Shown one piece after another: positions 1-9,141 of a DNA stretch of 64,000 nt. Origin of the DNA: Caldisericia bacterium (GTDB lineage: Bacteria; Caldisericota; Caldisericia; JAAYUI01). The position numbers and the translations under genes were made by a program. The stretch spans positions 32,001 through 96,000 of the forward strand of contig OY771555.1 in the NCBI GenBank assembly GCA_963674785.1. Direction: 5' to 3'. Position 1 is the stretch's first letter; each line of letters starts with the position of its first letter. A model generated the notes under the pieces. The model worked only from the letters and a program-made list of their open reading frames with translations. It did not search any database and was not told where the DNA came from.

Positions 1-2
1 TT

Positions 3-1718
3 CCACCAAAGATAGCATTTTCAAGAATAAAATCAATCTGTGAACAAGAAATCAAGCCACCACCAACAGTATCATCAGTTATGAACTATCCAGTAAAAAC
101 AGTTACACCAAACGAAACATTCAAAATCGCCAAAGAAAAATTGAAACGATTTGGTCATGGTGGATTACCAGTAGTCAATAATGGAAAACTCATTGGAATT
201 GTCACAAGACTAGACCTAGATAAGGTGCCTTCCTACATGGAGGATAAACCTGTAAAAAGGTTCATGTCTCCAAGTCCTTCAACAATCGAGGCAAACGCAT
301 CGATAGTTGAAGCAAGACGAATGATGATGAAAAAGGGCGTTGGAAGGCTACCGGTGATGGAGAAAGAAAAACTTGTTGGAATCATCACCAGAACAGATGT
401 TCTATCTGCAGATTTCTGGCATAGAGGTCAGGACATAGGTCCATATCCTCTCCCTACAAAACTCGATACAAATCAAACAAAAGAGCTTTATTCCGGACTG
501 CCGGAAAAATACAAAAACATCCTCAATGAAATCCGTGAGATAGCATTTGGCCTTTCAGTTTCAACATATCTTGTTGGAGGAGCAGTCAGAGATATTGTTC
601 TGTCAAAAAATCCTGATGATTTAGATATTTTAGTTGAGGGAGATGCGATCAACCTCGCCCAGGCAGTATCAAGGAAGCTTAACGGAAAACTCATCGCTCA
701 TACAAGGTTTGGCACAGCACAGCTTCACCTCCCAAACTTAAAAATTGACTTTGCATCTGCAAGAGCTGAGTACTACAAAGAACCCGGGCTACATCCAAAC
801 GTTGTCCACACATCAATCTATGAGGATTTAAAAAGAAGGGACTTCACAATAAATTCCCTGGCGCTCGGACTGACAGGAGATGATGCCTGGAAAATAATTG
901 ATATTTGTGGAGGGCTTGATGACATTAACCGAAAAGAAATTCGGATTCTGCACAATCTCTCATTTGTTGAAGATCCTACAAGGATTTTAAGGGCAGTCTA
1001 CTATGCCACAAATCTCGGTTTTGAAATTGAAAAAAATACAGAGAGATACGCAAAAGAAGCAATTAGCACAGGACTACTTTCAACCGCAAAAAATGAAAGA
1101 ACCGCTCAAGAACTACTCCGAATCCTTTCACACAAAAATGGGACTGAGATGCTTATCAAACTTAAGACTCTTAAGGGAATCCAAAAAATATTCGACAGAA
1201 TCCCACAGTACTTCTCAAGCCTATTGAATCGAATCGAAAAGATTTATAGGTATTCACTTGAGTTAGGCTTAAAACCTGATCTTGCGAAGCTTAGATTGCT
1301 AGCTCTCACAAAAGAGATGGACGAAACGCATGTTGTTGACGTCTTAACAAGATTAAGAATCCCAAAGAGAATAACCGACCAAACAAAAATAAGCATGGTA
1401 AATGCAACATATCTGAAAAAGGCAATCGCATCTGGTGACAGAATTGAGATTTTCGAGTATATGAAGAATGAGTCTGATGAGACCATTGTTTTTTCTTGTC
1501 TGACATCCAGGCTTCAATCAAGCTTGAATCTTCTTTCGAGGTTGGTTAGAATCAGGGAAGTGAGATTAGAAATCAGTGGAGACGATCTGATCAACATGGG
1601 GCTAAAATCTGGAAAGATGATTGGTTCTGTTTTGGATGTCGTACATAAAGAAAAAATTGCAGGAAGGGTGCACGGAAGGATAGAGGAATTATCCATGGCA
1701 AAAAGGCTTATTAAATGA
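3..1718 (+). CDS. CBS-domain-containing tRNA nucleotidyltransferase (CCA- or A-adding, class II); 5' end lies outside the window
   Basis: Frame is open from nt 3. Tandem CBS pair (LPVVNNGKLIGIVTRLD; LPVMEKEKLVGIITRTD), then nucleotidyltransferase motifs VGGAVRD..DDLDILVEGD, RRDFTINSLA and SFVEDPTRILRA. Confidence 0.9.
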   Translation, partial: PPKIAFSRIKSICEQEIKPPPTVSSVMNYPVKTVTPNETFKIAKEKLKRFGHGGLPVVNNGKLIGIVTRLDLDKVPSYMEDKPVKRFMSPSPSTIEANASIVEARRMMMKKGVGRLPVMEKEKLVGIITRTDVLSADFWHRGQDIGPYPLPTKLDTNQTKELYSGLPEKYKNILNEIREIAFGLSVSTYLVGGAVRDIVLSKNPDDLDILVEGDAINLAQAVSRKLNGKLIAHTRFGTAQLHLPNLKIDFASARAEYYKEPGLHPNVVHTSIYEDLKRRDFTINSLALGLTGDDAWKIIDICGGLDDINRKEIRILHNLSFVEDPTRILRAVYYATNLGFEIEKNTERYAKEAISTGLLSTAKNERTAQELLRILSHKNGTEMLIKLKTLKGIQKIFDRIPQYFSSLLNRIEKIYRYSLELGLKPDLAKLRLLALTKEMDETHVVDVLTRLRIPKRITDQTKISMVNATYLKKAIASGDRIEIFEYMKNESDETIVFSCLTSRLQSSLNLLSRLVRIREVRLEISGDDLINMGLKSGKMIGSVLDVVHKEKIAGRVHGRIEELSMAKRLIK

Positions 1719-2401
1719 GTATTTTCTCGACAATCTTCACTTGGATTGTCTACATTCTTTTGTATCTCGTGTCAATCCATATTCCAAGCTTTGTCAAAGC
1801 AAATCTTGCTTATCATTTATTCGGCGATTCGACTCCAAAGGTAAACGGAAGGATGACCTGGTGGAATCCAATCCCAAATCTCGACTGGATCGGCACTTTA
1901 TCAATATTCTTCCTTTATGTTTCTTGGGCGAAACCGATGGATGTTAGCTGGAATAATCTTAAAAATCCAAAACTGACAAACACATATACAGAACTGGCTG
2001 ACTGTTTTACAAGCTTTGCATTAGGGATGATTGCCTGTTTATTTCATCTGGTACTCTCAAAACTCCAACTTGCTCTGAATCTTGACCTTAGATTCCTGAT
2101 GACTCTCATAGACATGTTCGCATCATTCAATATTTTTCTGTTCCTACTTAAACTACTCCCCCTTCCACAATTTCCCGGATTCAGAATCCTAACTGGCCTT
2201 TTCTACCACAAGCCTCAGGGAGTCTTTGATTCACTCTCATTGACACTCATGGGGACTGTAATTTTGATAATTCTTTTGATATGGACACCACTTCCTCAGT
2301 TTCTGGGGCAGATAACTAGCTCAATCCTGAAACCATTCGCAGTTTCGAGTTCAACATATCTGCAGTGGTTGGACAAAATCCCTGGAATCGGAGGACTATA
2401 A
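1715..2401 (+). CDS. Site-2 protease (M50) family membrane protein with degenerate catalytic motifs
   Basis: AYHLFGDSTPKVNGRMTWWNPIPNLDWIGT and SWAKPM match the M50 scaffold; several TM segments; usual position before trpS-scpAB. HExxH and the LDG Asp are absent. Confidence 0.75.
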   Translation: MSIFSTIFTWIVYILLYLVSIHIPSFVKANLAYHLFGDSTPKVNGRMTWWNPIPNLDWIGTLSIFFLYVSWAKPMDVSWNNLKNPKLTNTYTELADCFTSFALGMIACLFHLVLSKLQLALNLDLRFLMTLIDMFASFNIFLFLLKLLPLPQFPGFRILTGLFYHKPQGVFDSLSLTLMGTVILIILLIWTPLPQFLGQITSSILKPFAVSSSTYLQWLDKIPGIGGL

Positions 2402-2407
2402 CTCATC

Positions 2408-3391
2408 ATGCCAAGAATAGTTTCTGGAATGCGATCTACTGGACAAATGCATATTGCTCATTACTTATCGGTATTAAAATCATACAAAGAGATGCAGGAG
2501 AAAAATGACTGTTATTTCTTTTTTGCAGACCTTCATGTTTTGACAACAGGTGCTGAAAAAACAGCAGAAATCAAGAACAATACTCTTCAACTTGCTGTCG
2601 ATTGGCTCTCATCTGGAATCGATCCTGAAAAGGCAACCGTCTTTATTCAGTCACAGGTTCCAGGACACTACCAGCTTTACCTACTTCTTTCGATGATTAC
2701 CCCAAAAGGATGGCTTGAAAGAAACCCAACCGTGAAGGATATGATCAGAGACTATAACCTACAGGATAGTGTTGGTCATGGTCTTCTTGGTTATCCAGTT
2801 CTTCAGGCATCAGATATCCTTCTTTACAAAGGTGAAATGGTTCCAATTGGAAAAGACCAGAGACCTCACCTTGAGATAACAAGAGAGATTGCAAGAAGAT
2901 TCAATGGAATCTTTGGTGAAACTTTCCCAGAACCAAAGGAGTACTTAAGAGAGTATCCACTAATTAAGGGAACCGATGGTCAGAAGATGAGCAAAAGTCT
3001 GGATAATGCAATCTATCTATCAGATGATGAAAAAACAATTGGAAAGAAAGTTTCAAGAATGGTAACAGACCCCGAAAAGATCAGACGTGATGACCCAGGT
3101 CATCCAGAGGTTTGCTCAGTTTATGAGTTCCATTCAGTCATTGGTGATCCAGAAAAAGAGGCAAGAACAACAGATTGCAAATCAGGTGATTTGGGCTGCG
3201 TTACATGCAAAAAAGGGTTATCTGCAAAACTCAATGATATCATTGCCCCAATAAGGGAAAAGCGGGAAGCACTCCTTGAAAAACCAGCCAATGTTTGGGA
3301 AATACTCGCTGAGGGTAACAAAAAAGCAAATATCACCGCAAAAGAAGTCTGGGGTGAAATTGAGGAAAAAGTTGGACTCAAATACTACTGA
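2408..3391 (+). CDS. trpS: Tryptophan--tRNA ligase
   Basis: SGMRSTGQMHIAHY (HIGH motif), FADLH, YPVLQASDIL, VPIGKDQRPHLE, KMSKS. Confidence 0.97.
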   Translation: MPRIVSGMRSTGQMHIAHYLSVLKSYKEMQEKNDCYFFFADLHVLTTGAEKTAEIKNNTLQLAVDWLSSGIDPEKATVFIQSQVPGHYQLYLLLSMITPKGWLERNPTVKDMIRDYNLQDSVGHGLLGYPVLQASDILLYKGEMVPIGKDQRPHLEITREIARRFNGIFGETFPEPKEYLREYPLIKGTDGQKMSKSLDNAIYLSDDEKTIGKKVSRMVTDPEKIRRDDPGHPEVCSVYEFHSVIGDPEKEARTTDCKSGDLGCVTCKKGLSAKLNDIIAPIREKREALLEKPANVWEILAEGNKKANITAKEVWGEIEEKVGLKYY

Positions 3392-4124
3392 TCAAAAAAA
3401 GAACGAGATAATAAAAACTTCATCTGCTCATCTTGGAACAGTCAACCCAGATTCTCTTGCCCAAATTGCAAGATTTGCTCGAAGCGGTAAAATTTCTCCC
3501 TACAGAATCAAGCTTCATGCAATCAGTGGAAAACTGAATTCAGTGATTATTGATAGCGATGAAATCTCACCAGTTCATCTCGAATCAATGGTTAGAGTAT
3601 CAGACTTATTACTCATGAAAGCGGAATTTGTTGCAAATGGTGGAAGTTTTCCAGTTCGTGAGAAGAAATCTGTTTTTGATGAAAATGAAGACAAAAAGCT
3701 TGAGGATAATTTCCAAACACTCAAGATGCTCACAAACCTTATTGAAAGAAATCTTCATGAGATCTCTGCAAGTTACCCAAGACCCAACCCACCAATTCTA
3801 GTAAAAGATGAACTCAAGATGCCAAATTCCAAAAGGCTACTTAAGATCATCGAAAAAATGATGGGTACCGAGGAAGCAAAAGAAAAAGGCGAAAGTATGC
3901 TGGTCGTCAGGAGAAAAACACTTGACATCAAATCAGCAATGAGAGAAATATTAGAAAGATTGAAAGAAGGGGTTCAAGTCCTTTTTGATATGTTGATTAA
4001 ACCTGGAGCAACAAGATTTGACGTAATTGCATCACTTCTTGCACTTCTCGAACTTGTAAAAAGAAGACAGGTCGACATCTATCAAAATGACGTATTTGGT
4101 CCCATATTGATTGAAAAAAGATGA
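3372..4124 (+). CDS. scpA: Segregation/condensation protein A (kleisin), divergent
   Basis: C-terminal VIASLLALLELVKRRQVDIYQNDVFGPILI is the ScpA winged-helix signature; lies directly before scpB. Start placed at TTG 3372 after GAGG (ORF track starts at 3276). Confidence 0.8.
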   Translation: MDSNTTDQKKNEIIKTSSAHLGTVNPDSLAQIARFARSGKISPYRIKLHAISGKLNSVIIDSDEISPVHLESMVRVSDLLLMKAEFVANGGSFPVREKKSVFDENEDKKLEDNFQTLKMLTNLIERNLHEISASYPRPNPPILVKDELKMPNSKRLLKIIEKMMGTEEAKEKGESMLVVRRKTLDIKSAMREILERLKEGVQVLFDMLIKPGATRFDVIASLLALLELVKRRQVDIYQNDVFGPILIEKR

Positions 4125-4777
4125 ATCTAGAAAATGCAATTGAAGCGGTTTTGTTCGTATCGCCAAAACCATTAACATTCCATAGAATAGCCAAACTCGT
4201 TGAGTGTAATCCCCATGAAGTCACAGAAACTCTCAACATCCTCGCTGAAAAATTTATCGACAGGGGAATTGTGCTGAGAGTTAAAGACAACAAAGCTCAG
4301 CTCCTCTCGCATCCTGATTTTGAGGAGATGGTAAAACCCCTCAGAACACATGTTGCAAACCGAAGAATGACAAAAGCTGCTGTCGAGACACTTGCAATCA
4401 TAACGTCAAAAGGTGAGGCAACAAAAGCAGAGGTAACTAAATATCGTGGTTCAGTCTCAGATAACACAATCGATGGACTTGTTGCCAAAGGACTTCTTGA
4501 AAGATTTGAAAAACCAACAGCGGGAAAACGTGTTCTTGTCTACTTTAAAGTAACAGAGAAATTTAGGAAAATGGCTGGTCTGACGGATGTTACAGAACTA
4601 AAAACAAAGTTTGCATCACTTGTTGATGAACCTGCTGACCTTTTTTCAGAGTTTGACAAACAGCTTGAAAATGATGAATCAGAGGAAATGGAAGAGCTCG
4701 AGTTATCAGATGAAAACGAGGAAGATTCAGATTTTGAATGCAACCAAATAAGTTCGTTGGAAGAAGAAACTGAGTAG
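4121..4777 (+). CDS. scpB: Segregation/condensation protein B
   Basis: IEAVLFVSPKPL, AAVETLAII, TKAEV..YRG, YFKVTEKF; acidic C-terminal tail. Confidence 0.92.
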   Translation: MNLENAIEAVLFVSPKPLTFHRIAKLVECNPHEVTETLNILAEKFIDRGIVLRVKDNKAQLLSHPDFEEMVKPLRTHVANRRMTKAAVETLAIITSKGEATKAEVTKYRGSVSDNTIDGLVAKGLLERFEKPTAGKRVLVYFKVTEKFRKMAGLTDVTELKTKFASLVDEPADLFSEFDKQLENDESEEMEELELSDENEEDSDFECNQISSLEEETE

Positions 4778-4866
4778 GTTTTATCACAATTTTTTTGATT
4801 TAAACGTATAAAAATTATCCAACATAGCGGAAAACCATACACATTAATTCACGTATTTAATCGTTT

Positions 4867-4906
4867 TTGCATTTGCCAGACACCCTCCATAAAATGAACA
4901 TGGAGG
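4867..4906 (+). promoter_or_regulatory. Putative sigma70 promoter and SD for the GNAT operon
   Basis: TTGCAT (4867-4872), 17-nt spacer, TAAAAT (4890-4895); GGAGG at 4902-4906 before ATG 4912. Confidence 0.55.
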
Positions 4907-4911
4907 ATATG

Positions 4912-5976
4912 ATGGATAAGAGAGTAATGCTCAATAAATACACCATTTTTGAAATAAATCGACAGAACATGAGTGATTCTGAAATAAATGATATATACAC
5001 CTCTTCTCTTGAGGAATGGAGAGAGGAAAACCCAATGTTTCCAAAACCAGCTTTTGAAGAAGTAAAAAGTGATTTCCTCAAAACTGATGATTCATATGTT
5101 GATTTAGATTTTCTCATCAAAGATAATAGCAATCTTGTTGCAACTGCTTCGGTCTTTTTACATAACCCAAACTCAGACGCCCCGTCTGAAAAAAAGGAAA
5201 AGGCATGGGTCAGAATGAGAGTTTTCCCTGACCACAGAAACAAAGGGATAGGTACTGAGATTTTAAAATTTCTGATAAATAAAACCAAACAGTACCCCTT
5301 AAGAAGCTTTTCAGCAGCAACCGGTCTTGAACCAGGATATAGATTCTGCGAGAAGTTTGGAGGAGATGTTATAAAAAAATCCGTAGAAAGCTACTTGGAT
5401 TTAGAAAAAGTTGATGTCACAAAGATTGAAAAGTTAAGCTCTGAAATCACCACAAAAAACCAAGACGTGAAAATAGAAACAGTCGACAATCTAACAATTG
5501 GTGGCGTCGAAGAATATATAAGGTTGTTTGCCGAGTTTGATGAAGAAACCTCAAAATACAATAAGGATGCAAATTTTGATAAAGATTCCTGCATAGAAAA
5601 TGGAATTAAATCTGCAAAAAAAGACATCTCAATTGGTTACAAAAAAACTGTCACATATGTAAGGGATTCGAATGGAAGAGCTGTAGGAATGTCAACTTTC
5701 CTAATTACCCCCGAATCAAAAGAAATCGCTCAACAACTCATGACTGGAGTACTAAAAGATTATCGAAGAAGAGGCTTGTGTAGGTTACTCAAATCAAGAT
5801 CAATAATCAGACTGAAAGAGTTATATCCAAATATCAAATTAATCAAGACCGTAAATGACGAAGAAAATTCATCGATGAGGAAAATCAATGAGAGTCTTGG
5901 TTTCCAGCAATTGCCGGTTTACAAGGCATACACATTTGAGTTGAATAAACTCAAAGAAAGATTACAAATAAAATGA
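4912..5976 (+). CDS. Double-domain GNAT N-acetyltransferase, copy 1 of 6
   Basis: Two acetyl-CoA motif-A segments (HRNKGIGTEIL; TGVLKDYRRRGLC) and C-terminal TVNDEENSSMRKINESLGF. Confidence 0.88.
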   Translation: MDKRVMLNKYTIFEINRQNMSDSEINDIYTSSLEEWREENPMFPKPAFEEVKSDFLKTDDSYVDLDFLIKDNSNLVATASVFLHNPNSDAPSEKKEKAWVRMRVFPDHRNKGIGTEILKFLINKTKQYPLRSFSAATGLEPGYRFCEKFGGDVIKKSVESYLDLEKVDVTKIEKLSSEITTKNQDVKIETVDNLTIGGVEEYIRLFAEFDEETSKYNKDANFDKDSCIENGIKSAKKDISIGYKKTVTYVRDSNGRAVGMSTFLITPESKEIAQQLMTGVLKDYRRRGLCRLLKSRSIIRLKELYPNIKLIKTVNDEENSSMRKINESLGFQQLPVYKAYTFELNKLKERLQIK

Positions 5977-7043
5977 AGATATTGAATAAATACACACTTA
6001 CAGAAATTGATTACAAAAATCCAACTGAAAAAGAACTGAATGAGATATTCAACTTTTACATTGAGCAATGGAATGAGGAGAATCCAGGGCTTCCTGACCC
6101 AACTTTTGAAAAATTCAAATATGATTTTAAATATTCAAGAGAAAACGAACAAAAATATAAATTTCTCTTGCATGATGCAAATGGGAAACTAATTGCGAGA
6201 TCAGAAATAAAGCTTCTTAAGCATGACTGTGACGCCCCGCAAGCTAAAAAAGATGATGCATCATTTAAAATCAGAATAGATGAGAAGTTCAGAAGAAAAG
6301 GTGTTGTAAGAGAACTCCTTTTAAGCTCGATAAACAAAATCCAAGGTTTAGGTATCAAAAAAATTAACACATACTCTAACCTTGAATCAGGTCAGTCATT
6401 TTGTGAAAAGCTAGATGGAAAGATTACTGCAAGAGGATTTATAAGTTATCTTGATATTGAAAAAAATGATTGGAAAAAAACTCAGAAACTCTTTGATGAA
6501 ATCAAATCAAAGAATCCAGATATTAGAGTTGAGACACACCTTGAGCTAAAAGAAGAGGACATTCCAGGATTTGTTAAAATTGATACAGTTTTCATGGAAG
6601 AAATCTCAAAATACTCAGAAGAAAGCAATTTTGACAAGGACTTTACCATAAGAGAATCAACAAAGTATATCAAAGAAGGGCTCAAAAAGGGACAAAAACA
6701 CATATATACATATTTAAGGAACCGAAATGATGAGATAATTGGACTTTCCGACCTCATAATTGACCCTAAAAGCCCTCTCAGAATCTTTCAAGGTATGACC
6801 GGAATAACGAAAGATTATCGAGGAAGAGGTTTAGCAAAACTGGTAAAAGCAGGCACTCTTCTCAGGCTCAAGGATAATCATATACCTGGATCGGTTATCA
6901 CAACATACAATGACGAAGATAATACTGTGATGAGAAAGATAAATGAGAGTATTGGATTTAAATCTATTCCGATTTGGAAAAAATATACTTTCGGATTACA
7001 AGAACTAAGGGAGAAGTTACGTGAAAGAACGCAAGATGAATGA
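5973..7043 (+). CDS. Double-domain GNAT N-acetyltransferase, copy 2 of 6
   Basis: FRRKGVV; TGITKDYRGRGLA; TYNDEDNTVMRKINESIGF; ATGA overlap with copy 1. Confidence 0.88.
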   Translation: MKILNKYTLTEIDYKNPTEKELNEIFNFYIEQWNEENPGLPDPTFEKFKYDFKYSRENEQKYKFLLHDANGKLIARSEIKLLKHDCDAPQAKKDDASFKIRIDEKFRRKGVVRELLLSSINKIQGLGIKKINTYSNLESGQSFCEKLDGKITARGFISYLDIEKNDWKKTQKLFDEIKSKNPDIRVETHLELKEEDIPGFVKIDTVFMEEISKYSEESNFDKDFTIRESTKYIKEGLKKGQKHIYTYLRNRNDEIIGLSDLIIDPKSPLRIFQGMTGITKDYRGRGLAKLVKAGTLLRLKDNHIPGSVITTYNDEDNTVMRKINESIGFKSIPIWKKYTFGLQELREKLRERTQDE

Positions 7044-8091
7044 TGGTTACCAGATAATTGAAATTGATAATAACAAGGTCTCTGAAAATGAATTGCTGGA
7101 TATATATGAGTTTTCTCTTGATAGATGGAGAGAATCGTATCAGATGCTTCCCAAACCAACATTTGAATCTTTCAGCTACCATTTCAAAAAGAAGTATCCG
7201 AATGAAATTGACCACAACTACATAATCAAAAACCATGATGCCAGGATTATTGGGAGTGCGTGTCTTTCATTATCGAAACCTGAGTCAGAAGAACCCGAAT
7301 CGATTAAGAAAATCGCAGGTATTCAGTTGAGGATCACCAAATTTGAGCGAGGAAAAGGGATTGGAACTGAGGCACTAAAAGTAATCCTTGAAAAGACAAA
7401 AAATAGTGGAATAGAGAAAGTAAGTATGAATGCAACACTTGATTGTGGTCACAAGTTTTGTCTTCATCTTGGTGGAAAGGTCGCTGATACCAGCTATCTA
7501 AACTATCTCGGTCTCAAAAACACAAATTGGACAGAGATTCAAGAGATTAACCAAAACACAAAAAACAAAAATAGTGAAATCACACTTGAAACTTTCACAA
7601 AATTGAATCAATCAAACACTGAAGAATACATAAGACAGAATGCAAAATATGTAAAGGAGATATCCAAGTATTCTGATGACTGGGAATTTGATGAAGATTA
7701 TTATATAAATGAATCTAGGGAAAATATTAGGAATTGTATCCAAAGGGGAGTAAAAGGAGTTTTCACATACGCCCGAGACCCAAGTCAAAGAATCATCGGA
7801 ATATCCGTTGTAAAATGTGACCCATTGGAGCCTCAGGAAGTATACACAGTTATTACTGGTGTCGATAAAGACTTTAGAAGAAGGGGGCTATGTAAACTCA
7901 TGAAAACTGAGCTTCTTCTCTATATAAAGAAAAATCGCCCGGAGTATTCTGTTATGACAACGGCAAATAATGAAGAAAATACAGTCATGCGAAGAATAAA
8001 CGAAGAGCTTGGGTTTAAGCAGCTTCCTGTTTGGAAAAGATATTCGTTTGATCTTAACAAACTGAAAGAACAATTAAATGAAAATCTATAA
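7036..8091 (+). CDS. Double-domain GNAT N-acetyltransferase, copy 3 of 6
   Basis: ERGKGIGTEAL; TGVDKDFRRRGLC; TANNEENTVMRRINEELGF. Confidence 0.88.
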   Translation: MNDGYQIIEIDNNKVSENELLDIYEFSLDRWRESYQMLPKPTFESFSYHFKKKYPNEIDHNYIIKNHDARIIGSACLSLSKPESEEPESIKKIAGIQLRITKFERGKGIGTEALKVILEKTKNSGIEKVSMNATLDCGHKFCLHLGGKVADTSYLNYLGLKNTNWTEIQEINQNTKNKNSEITLETFTKLNQSNTEEYIRQNAKYVKEISKYSDDWEFDEDYYINESRENIRNCIQRGVKGVFTYARDPSQRIIGISVVKCDPLEPQEVYTVITGVDKDFRRRGLCKLMKTELLLYIKKNRPEYSVMTTANNEENTVMRRINEELGFKQLPVWKRYSFDLNKLKEQLNENL

Positions 8092-9139
8092 GATACCAGA
8101 TGGATTCAAGATAATTGAGTTGAATAACGAGAATATAACCGAAAACGAGTTAGCTGAATTGTTTGAGCTTTCACTTGATAAATGGCGAGAATCATATCAT
8201 ATGCTTCCAAAACCAACATTTGAGTACTTCAAATATCAATTCAAAAAGAAGTATCCTTTCTATAAGATTTTCAATTTTGTAATCAAAAATAATCAAAATG
8301 AGGTAATTGGAAGTTCATATATAAGAATTACTCCACCCGACTCAGATGCACCAGATTCCGAAAAGAAACGTGCAAATGCAATGATTCGATTAAAGAAAAA
8401 GTATCGAAGGAGGGGTATCGGAAAAGCATGTCTTTTAAAACTCTTAGAAACGATTGATGGACTTGGTATTGAAAAAATAACTATGGGCACACCTGTTGAT
8501 TGCGGACAAAAATTTTGTCAACATTTCGGTGGAGAAATAACTGATAAAAGCGTTACCAACTATTTAGATTTGAAAACTGCAAACTGGTCAGAAATTCAAA
8601 GAATTAACTCAAACATAAAGGATGATAACGACGGAATTTCTTTAGAAATTATTGACAAACTAACTGAAGGAAACATTGAAGAATACATCAGACAAACCGC
8701 AAAGTATTTAAAGGAAGTCTCAGAGTATTCAAACGATTGGGAATTTGATGAGGATTTCTTTATCAAAGAATCTAGAATAAATATTCCAGACAGCATAAAA
8801 GGGGGGGTTAAAAGGATTATCACCTATGCATGGTCTGAACAAAAAATTGTTGGCATATCAGTTTTGAGAAGCGATCCATTTGAACCAAAAGAGGTCTATA
8901 CAGTTATTTCTGGAGTAGATAAGAATCAGCGGAAAAGAGGAATTTGCAAGCTCATGAAAACTGAACTGCTTCTTCATGTCAAGAAAAATTATCCAGAGCA
9001 CTCTGTTGTGACCACTTCAAACGATGAAGAAAATTCAGCCATAAGAACAACAAACAAGAGGCTTGGATTCAAAGAGTTACCAGTTTGGAAAGCATATTCC
9101 TTCAAAATAGAAAACCTGAAATCTAGATTAGAGGAATAA
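8078..9139 (+). CDS. Double-domain GNAT N-acetyltransferase, copy 4 of 6
   Basis: YRRRGIGKACL; SGVDKNQRKRGIC; TSNDEENSAIRTTNKRLGF. Confidence 0.88.
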   Translation: MKIYKIPDGFKIIELNNENITENELAELFELSLDKWRESYHMLPKPTFEYFKYQFKKKYPFYKIFNFVIKNNQNEVIGSSYIRITPPDSDAPDSEKKRANAMIRLKKKYRRRGIGKACLLKLLETIDGLGIEKITMGTPVDCGQKFCQHFGGEITDKSVTNYLDLKTANWSEIQRINSNIKDDNDGISLEIIDKLTEGNIEEYIRQTAKYLKEVSEYSNDWEFDEDFFIKESRINIPDSIKGGVKRIITYAWSEQKIVGISVLRSDPFEPKEVYTVISGVDKNQRKRGICKLMKTELLLHVKKNYPEHSVVTTSNDEENSAIRTTNKRLGFKELPVWKAYSFKIENLKSRLEE

Positions 9140-9141
9140 GA

